Shown here one piece after another: positions 1-8,638 of a stretch of DNA of 20,000 nucleotides. The translations under genes were made by a program, and so were the position numbers. Every line of letters starts with the position of its first letter. The first letter of the stretch is position 1. The DNA lies in the NCBI GenBank assembly GCA_022813965.1, contig JALDZS010000130.1, positions 52,257-72,256 on the forward strand. Direction: 5' to 3'. This stretch comes from Toensbergia leucococca. Taxonomy: Eukaryota. The notes under the pieces were generated by a model. That model did no database searches. It worked only from the letters and a program-made list of their open reading frames with translations, and was not told the DNA's origin.

Positions 1-836
1 TTGGATGCTGCTCCACAGGTGCCGCCGGCTGCGAGGTACTCTATACTACTTGCTTTGATATCGTAGGCCAAACTTGTGACGCTTCTTGTAGCGCCGACAG
101 AGGTGCTTTACAATGGTTAGTCACAAATCAAGAGCCAATATTCGGAACGTTCCTAACCAAAAATAGTGGCCAACCAGTACCATATTGTGCCCTCTACCGA
201 TATACTTCTGGTTCCGTGGGATACGGATGTGCAGGATACGCTGGGTATAATAAGACAGTCCTTGAGACAAGCACAGCTGCCGTGATACCGTTCGGCCAGA
301 GCGCGACGACCACATCGTCTTCGAGTACTAGCTCCATCTCCAGCACTAGCTCAACATCAAGCAGTCCAACAAGTACCCTCGCCGCCACAATGACACCTTC
401 AGCCACTGCGGCAGCAAACAATCTGCTACTGATCAGCGGAGGCGCTATAGCTGGAATAGTCGTGGCATCAGTCCTGGTATTGGCGGCTATCGGTGGATTG
501 ATCTGGTTTTTTCTTCGAAGACGCCGCACGAATCAGAGGCAGGCTGCAGAAGCAGCCCAATCTTCCCATCCGTCATATCCTTACCAGGATCGATACATTT
601 ATGCCCAATACGCGAAAAATGATCCAAGCACTCTCTCATCTCCCAGATCTCGGGCCAACCACTCCCGCGATCCTTCAGATCAGTATGCTGGTTCTCATTC
701 AGAGCTTGGTGGACGATCTGTTTCACCGCAGACTATTATGAGTCCCACATTTTCTGACGGTGGCCATATATTACCTGCTGAATTACCAGCAATGGACGAG
801 GTGAGTCTAGGGGGAAACGTGTCCAAGCAGACATAG
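1..836 (+). CDS. 5'-truncated single-pass membrane protein: Cys-rich ectodomain, Ser/Thr stalk, TM helix, cytoplasmic tail (Mid2/Wsc-like architecture). Exons <1..115 and 167..836
   Basis: The frame from nt 3 reads GCCSTGAAGCEVLYTTCFDIVGQTCDASCSADRGALQ. Intron 116..166 (GTTAGT...CTAAC...TAG, 51 nt, phase 2) joins it in frame to CGQPVPYCALYRYTSGSVGYGC and the 216..836 ORF. That ORF has an S/T-rich stretch, then TM segment ISGGAIAGIVVASVLVLAAIGGLIWFFL, a stop-transfer RRRR, and a tail containing AELPA. Confidence 0.85.
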   Translation, partial: GCCSTGAAGCEVLYTTCFDIVGQTCDASCSADRGALQWLVTNQEPIFGTFLTKNSGQPVPYCALYRYTSGSVGYGCAGYAGYNKTVLETSTAAVIPFGQSATTTSSSSTSSISSTSSTSSSPTSTLAATMTPSATAAANNLLLISGGAIAGIVVASVLVLAAIGGLIWFFLRRRRTNQRQAAEAAQSSHPSYPYQDRYIYAQYAKNDPSTLSSPRSRANHSRDPSDQYAGSHSELGGRSVSPQTIMSPTFSDGGHILPAELPAMDEVSLGGNVSKQT

Positions 837-1006
837 TTTAAGTTGTAGGATTAGCCCTAATCTTCAGAATCATGAAACTTTGGTGCACATTTGCATGATC
901 TTTAAATTCGGAAAGGAGTGAATTAAGAGCCATTCGAGGATTAAAGAAATTCGAGGATTTGCGGGACACCTGGAGACCTCAAGGAATGATGTCATGCACC
1001 TAGATT

Positions 1007-1012
1007 GATAAG
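1007..1012 (+). promoter_or_regulatory. GATAAG (GATA/PAC-like) element upstream of UTP25
   Basis: The motif lies ~70 nt before the UTP25 ATG and is followed by a T7 tract. It resembles the PAC (GATGAG) element of ribosome-biogenesis genes. A 6-mer can easily occur by chance. Confidence 0.25.
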
Positions 1013-1077
1013 ATTAGATCATTTTTTTGGTAAACTCTTCGTGAGACACCACCACTCGGGGCAACACTGTCAAAGCC

Positions 1078-3397
1078 ATGGCACTTTTCTCAAAGGGTAG
1101 AGGCCGCTCGCGGGGCGGTGATAATTTTCGAGCAAAAGGAGGTTCGGGAACCCGTGGGCAAGGCCGTGGCAGAGGAAGAGGAAGCAATCTTGCGAGGGGA
1201 GGACCTCGTTCGACGTTCAATCCGACACGAATTGAAGAGATAGCTGAGGATGACTCTAATGAGGGAAACACCACTGCAGAAGAGGGATTGAAAGGAGACG
1301 CCTACTCGTCTGATAATATATCAAGCGACGAAGACAATGAAGACATTGAGACGAAAGTCAAACCCTACAGTGTCTTGCTGCAGTCCTTGAACGCTAGCGT
1401 TCCACGTGGACAGCCCCAAACAAAGAAACGCAAGGTCAAGAGAGATGAAGACTTTGGTGATACCCGGCTTAGTGAAAGATCTCGGGATGAGTATCCCCAA
1501 AATACCATGGATAGCGAAATGGATCTCGTAGAAGAGCCAGAAGAGGGCGGCAACCTATCTATGGATGCGGTAGAGAATAACGATGACGACAATGAAGACA
1601 TTTCTGGTAAGACCTTGAAATCTTGAAGACTGTATGACTAACATATCAAGACAATGATCCATTCGCAAAGCACATATCCGATCCTGACGAAGCCAAGCTA
1701 GCACAAAAGATCCAGAACGTCAAGGATGACAAGTGGGTAAGGTCGGGTAGTTCAGTCATTCTCGCAACGTGGAAATTCAGTCTTCAGCATCCGGTTGATG
1801 CAAGTTACATACCACTACTTGGGGCCAAGGTCCCCATAGACACTGGGAATTTGCCGGTAGGAATATTGTCACAGGCAACACGTTTCCCACTAACTATCAG
1901 CAGCTCAAGCAAAAGCTCCAAGTGTCTTCAATGAAACTTCTGCCGCCGTTCAACCATCTGATAGGAAATCTGGCCTCATGTATGCTCAGCTACAGAGATC
2001 TGCTACTTTGCCACGGATCATCAACCAATGCTGACAGCCTTCGAAAACTAACATCTTTGCATGCTCTCAACCATATATTCAAGACTCGTGACAAGGTCAT
2101 CAAGAATAACGGGCGGATCGCTAGGGATACCGAAGGCGGAAGTACTGAGCTGCGCGATCAAGGCTTCACCCGTCCAAAAGTGCTTATAATCCTACCTACA
2201 AGGCAGTCATGCGTCAAATATGTGGACACTATGATTTCATTGTGTGAACCTGAGCAGGAGGAAAATAGAAAGAGATTCCAAGACTCTTATGCGCGAGGAG
2301 ACGATGAGTTCTCCGACGACAAACCAGAGGACTTCAGAGAATTATTCAATGGTAACGACGACGATATGTTTCGACTGGGTATGAAATTTACTCGGAAGAC
2401 TGTTAAATATTTCGCGCAATTTTACAACTCGGACATCATATTCGCAAGTCCTCTGGGGTTACGAATGGCAATTGGAACAGAAGATGCCAAAAAGCAGGAT
2501 CATGACTTTCTCAGTTCTATTGAAGTTGTTATAGTTGATCAAGCGAATGCATTGCTGATGCAGAATTGGGAACATGTTGAATACATTTTTGAACACCTCA
2601 ATCTACAGCCAAAGGAGGCTCATGGTTGCGACTTCAGCCGTGTCCGCAATTGGTATCTTGATGGTAATGCAAAGTACATCCGACAAACCATCTTACTCAC
2701 GAACTTTAACTTTCCCGCTCTGAACCGGATATTTTCTCTCTACATGTCAAACGTGGCTGGGAAAGCCAAGTTTGGCGTAGATTACGACGGGGCAATGCTG
2801 GACCTGAGTGTCGAGCTCAAGCAAACTTTCTCCCGGTACGACTATACAAGTCGAATCACCGATCCAGACAATAGGTTTGAGTACTTCACTGCGGCCATAG
2901 TGCCAATCCTGGCAAAACACTCTGTGGCAGCAGCTGGAGGCGGGCAAGGTGTGCTGATCTATCTCCCCTCGTATGCAGATTTTGTGCGTGTACGAAACTA
3001 CCTTGCTACGTCTGCAAGTACTCAGAATATCTCGTTTGGCTCTATCTCCGAGTATACGTCAGTAAGGGACGTCGCAAGAGCTCGAAGTCATTTCTACTCT
3101 GGCCGGCATTCGGTCCTGCTTTATACGGAGAGGGCTCATCATTTTAGGCGATATCGTCTCAGAGGAGTCAAAAAGGTTGTCATGTATGGGCTACCAGAGA
3201 ATCCTATCTTCTACAAGGAAGTAGTCGGCGGATTCTTGGGTTCGAGCATCTCGGAAAGCAAAGTGGATCCTGATCAAGCAAGTGTCAGGAGCATATTTTC
3301 AAGACTGGATATGATGAAGCTCGAAAGGATTGTGGGGTCAAGCAGATACGTGAAAATGTTGGCGGATGGAGGTGGTGATACATTCGACTTCGTATGA
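1078..3397 (+). CDS. UTP25: U3 snoRNA-associated protein 25 (Utp25/DEF family; SSU processome). Exons 1078..1606, 1651..1856, 1904(or 1901)..3397; ~742 aa
   Basis: RG-rich and acidic N-terminus, followed by family motifs [102 protein letters not shown] and [13 protein letters not shown]. Introns 1607..1650 (GTAAGA..CTAAC..AAG) and 1857..1903 (GTAGGA..CTAAC..CAG) keep the frame; exon 2 begins DNDPFAKH. Confidence 0.96.
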
Positions 3398-4048
3398 GAC
3401 ATCACATTACGGGTCGGCACGATTTGCAAGCAGCAGGCTTCCCTAGGCTCGTATATGAGTGCCAAGTTATAGTCAAGGGTCAAGGTAGCCAAAGGTATGT
3501 ATCGCTTTCTCTACGGAATACATTATCTCGAAACTCGGGTTGCTTGTACTATTCCTCGCTTATTTCCCTAGGGCTTTCCTGTGAAATGGAAATTGTGTTC
3601 AACTACGGAGTAATGAGATCACAATTGCTTTGTGAACAAGAACGTTGAGCTGGACTGGAGGAGGACTTCCTGAGTGGTCGTGCCTATTGAACATTTGCGT
3701 AATTGTGTCAATAGTAAGCGACAATGAATGAGTGTGTATTAAAATGCGGTGAAGCTATTGTCAATTCACCTGGAATCGTCATTCAATCTCATTTAATACT
3801 AAATTCATACTACCTTATTGTCTTGCAATCTTTTCATCTTTTCATCTTTGCTGCAGCTGCTGCCATCTGGTGATTCCATCTTTCTTGCATCTTCTTACAT
3901 CTCATCTTTGGCCACGTCCTGACTCTAATCTACATCATTTGATCTACCCATCCACGACCTTTGCATACGTATACCAAGCACTATTTTACAGCCTACCTCT
4001 GTTATTCACCAGCCCTTTAATTTCATCATCTAAAGAAATTCTTTGAAC

Positions 4049-5929
4049 ATGTATGCGCTTACCTTTGCAAATTCTCGGGAGCGTCTAGAGGCTGGGCAAG
4101 CTTGGTGGCAGTCACACAAGAACAAGGACCAGAAGCCTAAAGACATGATTGTTGCCGACATGATACGATCGCCAAGGATATACGAGGAAGAGGAGGAGGA
4201 GGAGGGGGATGGTGAGCCTATATCAAAGCGGATACAAGCCAATTTAAGCCAGTCCAATCCCACCCAAGACTACTCCGAGGAGGCATTCGACGCCTTCCGT
4301 CGAAGCATGGAGTCTGGCTTCCCAGAATATGTAGAGCAAGAAATCGAAGGCGAAACCCCAGCTGAGCGACGTTCACGCCACTTTCGTGAGTCTTGGCGTC
4401 TCCTCACTCAAGACGAACCCTACCAAGACAGTCTCGACAGTCTAAGATTGTCTGCCAATTCTGATATCTTGGGCACCGAGGATGAACAGGACTATATCGT
4501 CGCTGCCATTGAGAAACTCCTTCGTATTCCAATCACACCAACCTCATCTATTTTCAAAGGTCCCGATGGAAAACCACTGGGCATAGAGGTTGCCATCAAT
4601 GCCTATCAGAGAGGCGAATACAGCACTGGAGATTTACATAAGCACTTACTTCCTCGACGTTTGAGTACCATCAACAAACCCAGTCTACGACAACAAGACA
4701 ACATGGATAAACTCGACAAAGTCCCGGAAGAAGAAGGCCCGGTCCAAACAGAGCAGCCAAACCAAAGCTCAGAAACATCATCCCAATATGAAGACGAGAA
4801 CGAAGCAAGCGAGCACTCCGAACTGAAAGGATCGTACACATTGCTGACCTCCAAAACGGGCCCATCGAGCGAGATCCTGGAAGTCCTAGACGCATACACC
4901 GCTCTAGGCGGCCGTGTCGAATCGCTCAGTCCGTCCATCTACGACGCCTCACGCCAGGCCATTATTCCCGAAAGCTCTCTAGCTAAACCTCTACCACCAC
5001 TCCCTCAATCAGAATCACCAGCCTACAAACCACCTCTCCACGACCCCACTCCCGCGCCTTCGAGAAGACCCCACCTCCCACCCTCTTCCATCAACAGCAC
5101 GAGCAACAGCAAACCAGCCCGCACCCTTCCCTGCCGCTCCTCCTCCCTAATGCGTCCAATTCCCCCAGGCACCAACCCCTACCTCCAAAACCCCACCCAC
5201 CGCCCCACAGCCTCAGAATCACACATCCACCCCGCCTTCCGCTCCCCAACACCAAACACCCTCCACTTCCCCTTCCACCCCTCAACCCCCTACCGCCCCA
5301 TCGGCGCCGCAAAAACCCACACCCCAAACACAAGCACCTCCTCCAACGCACCGCTCTCACCATCTCTCCCCCACCCCCGCCCCCCCTCAACATACCTCCA
5401 CTCCACACCCCCCTCCTCCCCAACCGACCCCACAACCTCCACCCTCTCCTCCCCACCAACAAGCCCCTCCTCCTCCTCCCCCTACCCCCTCGCAACAAAA
5501 GGCGCCTCCACCCCAAACCTCCTCACAACCCTCCTGACGCCAAAACACCTCTACCCCGCTCCGCCCCCGCTCCTCCAGCCGCCGACGACTAGAAAGCAAC
5601 CCCGCCAGCAGCAGCAGCAGCAGCAGCCGACGGCAACGCAATCGACCCCGATGCTATCATCGACGCTCCCCGCTTCTTCTTCTTCTCTGATCCAACAGGC
5701 GAATATGGGGAATTTGCGCAAGATTAGGCAGTTGCTTGGGTCGGAGGAGGATCTTGGTTCTGCTGGTGGTGGTATTGGTGGGAGCGTGGAGGAGGAGGAG
5801 GAGGGGATGGAGAGGGAGGTTGGTATGGGTGGGGGGTTTGACGGTAGTGTTGTGGGGAGAGGGTGGGGGTATCGGATTCGGAAGGCGGGGTTGGAGAGGA
5901 AGAAGAGTTTGAGGCGGTTTTTTGGATAG
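4049..5929 (+). CDS. Hypothetical protein (~626 aa): acidic N-half, Pro/Ser/Thr-rich disordered C-half, polyQ
   Basis: Uninterrupted 1.9-kb ORF. The first ATG at 4049 follows a pyrimidine-rich 5' leader (3820-4040). The protein starts MYALTFANSRERLEAGQAWW and ends KKSLRRFFG. No domain recognised. Confidence 0.75.
   Translation: MYALTFANSRERLEAGQAWWQSHKNKDQKPKDMIVADMIRSPRIYEEEEEEEGDGEPISKRIQANLSQSNPTQDYSEEAFDAFRRSMESGFPEYVEQEIEGETPAERRSRHFRESWRLLTQDEPYQDSLDSLRLSANSDILGTEDEQDYIVAAIEKLLRIPITPTSSIFKGPDGKPLGIEVAINAYQRGEYSTGDLHKHLLPRRLSTINKPSLRQQDNMDKLDKVPEEEGPVQTEQPNQSSETSSQYEDENEASEHSELKGSYTLLTSKTGPSSEILEVLDAYTALGGRVESLSPSIYDASRQAIIPESSLAKPLPPLPQSESPAYKPPLHDPTPAPSRRPHLPPSSINSTSNSKPARTLPCRSSSLMRPIPPGTNPYLQNPTHRPTASESHIHPAFRSPTPNTLHFPFHPSTPYRPIGAAKTHTPNTSTSSNAPLSPSLPHPRPPSTYLHSTPPSSPTDPTTSTLSSPPTSPSSSSPYPLATKGASTPNLLTTLLTPKHLYPAPPPLLQPPTTRKQPRQQQQQQQPTATQSTPMLSSTLPASSSSLIQQANMGNLRKIRQLLGSEEDLGSAGGGIGGSVEEEEEGMEREVGMGGGFDGSVVGRGWGYRIRKAGLERKKSLRRFFG
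5606..5626 (+). repeat. (CAG)7 microsatellite encoding polyQ
   Basis: Seven perfect CAG units within the CDS, translated RQQQQQQQP. Confidence 0.9.
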
Positions 5930-6204
5930 GGGCTTTTTTTTTCTTGGTGGTTTGGAGGGATTAGGGGGATTAGGGCTCGGGTTTGTTTGAGGTGGGGCCT
6001 TTTTTCTTCCTGTTGTTTGGTAGGCTTGGTGGGGTTTGGCGGGATCTTTTGGGGAGGGGGGATTTGGGGGACTCCTCCGAGGGGAGATGTATGCTGTCGT
6101 TACCTCCCGGTGTTTTTTTTCCCCCACCCTTCACCCTTCATCCTTTTTCTTCATTTTGGTTCATTTTTGGGGGGGCTGGAGGCTTGCGCTGGGCAGTGGG
6201 GCGT

Positions 6205-6350
6205 TGACTAGGTAGCTAGTTGGCTTTGGTTGGCTTTGGCTAGCTAGTTGACTGAGCTGGTTTGGTTGGCTTTGGTTGGCTTGGGCTGGCTTAGCTAGCT
6301 GGCAGGGTAGGTACCTTAGGGTACCTTAGGGTAAGGTAGGGTAGAGTAGA
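6205..6350. repeat. Degenerate simple-repeat block (TTGGC/TTGG, TAGC, TTAGGGTACC units)
   Basis: Reiterated ttggctttggttggc and tagctag, followed by ggtaccttagggtaccttagggtaagg. Confidence 0.7.
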
Positions 6351-6508
6351 CTTACCTAAGCAGGGAAGAAGATGGGGGGCATCTGAAGCCGGCTGTAGAG
6401 TTTCTCCAAACCTATTTTTTTCTCTCCCCTTTTTTTTCGAAAAGATAGTATGTCCGAGCATGTTCGTTTGTAGTAAGATTTTTTTTTCTTCTGGGGTTTG
6501 GGGTCGTG

Positions 6509-6612
6509 CTTACCCAGCTCTACTCACTCTTGCAAGCTTTATCTACTCTTGCCTTCCCTACTCTTGCAAGCTCTATCTACTCTTACCAGCTCTACTCTAC
6601 TCTTACCAGTCT
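6509..6612. repeat. Degenerate ~15-20 bp minisatellite (consensus ~CTCTTRCMAGCTCTATCTA), about 5-6 copies
   Basis: Units read ctcttgcaagctttatcta / ctcttgccttcccta / ctcttgcaagctctatcta / ctcttaccagctctactcta / ctcttaccagtctc. Confidence 0.75.
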
Positions 6613-7387
6613 CCCCCCCTCCCCCCCCCGCCCCCGGGGGGTGAAAATACCCCAAACGCTCTCCGCACCCATGACCACTTCTGATTTATCACACCTTTCC
6701 CTCTGTCCTCTGAACTCTGCTGATTGAAAAAGAAGAAGAAGGAGAAGAGAAAGAAGGAGAAAGGAAAGATCTAGATCTGGATCTAGCGCCTTTTCGCACA
6801 CCCTTTTCACACAAAACCTCACCCCTCAAAACACCCGCGCATTTTTTTTTGTTGTAAGATCTCAATCCCGATGTCCTTTTTCCAGCTGTAGAGAGTGGGG
6901 TGGGTAGGGATTGACTTTTCTTTTTCTTTCTTCTTTATTTTTTACTTCTCTTTTCTTTGTTTTACTTCTCTTTTTTTAAGCCCGGGGGCCGGGGGAAGAG
7001 ATGGAGCGAAATTGGCGCAAGAGGAGATGATGTTTTTTGCGGATCGGGGGTATTGACGGGTATGAGAGAGCGGGAGAGAGAAGTAGGAGTAGGAGGTAGA
7101 AACGGAGTTCCCCTTCGTGTTAACCAAGCCGCAACCACGAACCACGCATAGATACGAAAATCCCTCTGGAGAAGCGGTAGCCAGTCTCAACAGCGGTGCG
7201 CAATAGAGGGAAAAGGGGAAGGTTTATCCATCGGTATCTAATATTACAAGAACAATAATTTATGCGCCAAAAGTCGCGTGGGCTTTTTCCACTGCTAGTA
7301 AGCCTTTTTGTTTTTTATTCTAGGCTTTTGCACGGGTGCCTGTTCCCTTGGAGCAGCTCTCCGCTCTTCAAAAAGTCCTTCAGCCCT

Positions 7388-8261
7388 TCAGCCCTTTGGC
7401 TTCCTCTTCCCAATATCCCATCCCCAGCCTCTAAGAACTTTGACGACTTTGGGCGTGACGGCCGCGGTAACAGGAACGCGGATGAAAATGAAGGATTTAT
7501 GGATCGCGTAGGCGAGGGCGAGTTGGGTCCAAATGCCTTTTGTGTCACAAAAGGAAAAGAGAGTGTGGGTTAGCGATGAATCTTCTCTCGGTGCGAATAC
7601 ATCTCGGCAAGTAAAACGTATAAGAGAGAGATAAGGAGGGACAAGAAAACAAGGGGAAAAACCCACTAGCATTCTCACTCCGATTCTCCTCCTCAGCCTC
7701 CCGAATCCCATGCCCCAACCCACCAACACCAGGCACAGCAACCCCCTCCCCCTCTCCAACAACCGCAAACTCCTCCCCATTCTTTCCCCCCTCCACCGCC
7801 CCTCCACTCTCTCTTTCCGGGAAAGGATAAGGCACCACGCTCCACACCCATTCCAGCACGATCCCCTCCCATCTCCCAATCCGATCCGTCCCAAGCGAGC
7901 GCACCGCAATGAAGCAAAACGGGAAATCGAGGGCTGATAGCGCAATATAGACGCCGAGGGCGGACCAGCCGTATTCACGGGAGAGCTTGCGGAGGCGCTG
8001 GGAGAAGCTAAGGGAAGGGGATGGGGAGGTGAGATGAGGGGTAGGGTCGTACGGAGGGCTTTTTTGGGAGGAGAAGGGCCGGCTGGGGTAGGAATGGTGG
8101 GGAGATTTTGGGGAGGCGCGGCGGGAAAGATTGTTGGTGAGGGGGGAGCGGGGTTTGATGGTGTGGTTTTGGATGGTAGTGAGGCGGCGGCGGACGAGGA
8201 GGGTGGGTGGGTTGCGGGTGGAGAGACGCGTTAGGTAGTTGAGGAGTTGGGTTGTCTTCAT
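7388..8261 (-). CDS. NAT2: Nat2-like / DUF1279 (FAM210-domain) protein, probably mitochondrial. Exons 8261..7667 and 7536..7388; 247 aa
   Basis: The Arg/Ser/Thr-rich N-terminus with no acidic residues resembles a mitochondrial presequence. Family motifs SQRLRKLSREYGWSALGVYIALSALDFPFCF and NASIWTQLALAYAIHKSFIFIRVPVTAAVTPKVVKVLRGWGWDIG are joined by intron 7666..7537 (GTGGGT..GCTAAC..AAG, 130 nt, phase 1). Confidence 0.92.
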
Positions 8262-8443
8262 CGTTTTGAGCTGCTGGATATGTTGAGTGGTGTGTGGTTG
8301 GGGAGAGGTCGCTATGTACGACTAAGGTGGCTTTAGTCGTTATATGAGAGATGCAAATCCATCGCGGTCATCGTTTTTGAGGATGAACGTTCTTCTGGCT
8401 GAAGTGCATGACAGAGACGGGCCGATTGGATTTCCGGCTCCAG

Positions 8444-8638
8444 TACGGATACGGATACCTCCCTGCCTCCTGCGTCACGTGAAGGTAGGTCTACGGTGCC
8501 ACGGTGCATCACAGGACTCCGCGCCACTCGCGCGAAACCCTTTTTTAGAATAGGTAGTACTCGTACGAGTATCCGTATGATGATGGGAGTGACGGTTGCC
8601 GCGAAGCCTTCAAATAGTACTCATCGGATAGATTTGAA
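8444..8638. promoter_or_regulatory. Palindrome-rich upstream region of the Nat2-like gene (E-box TCACGTGA and TACGGATAC-type motifs)
   Basis: TCACGTGA at 8475-8482; TACGGATAC twice (8444-8458) with an inverted copy at 8569-8577; 14-bp palindrome TACTCGTACGAGTA at 8558-8571. Regulatory function is inferred from position only. Confidence 0.35.

Noticed and set aside
932..959. Direct repeat ATTCGAGGATT (two copies) between gene 1 and UTP25
   Set aside because: A short local duplication with a 6-bp spacer, too small to be a target-site duplication around an element, and with no evidence of function.
5091..6211. Gly/Arg-rich and Pro/Lys-rich ORFs (5091-5516, 5387-5641, 5657-6127, 5983-6207, 5987-6211)
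   Set aside because: Shadow ORFs produced by stop-poor skewed sequence over or beside the real gene.
6316..6335. Interstitial telomere remnant
   Set aside because: Only two non-adjacent TTAGGG units, inside G-rich simple sequence.
6509..6612. CRISPR-like array
   Set aside because: Units are contiguous and degenerate with no unique spacers, there are no cas genes, and the context is eukaryotic.
8577..8583. Box C-like ATGATGA suggesting a C/D snoRNA
   Set aside because: The nearest CTGA is ~255 nt away and there is no terminal stem or recognisable guide sequence.
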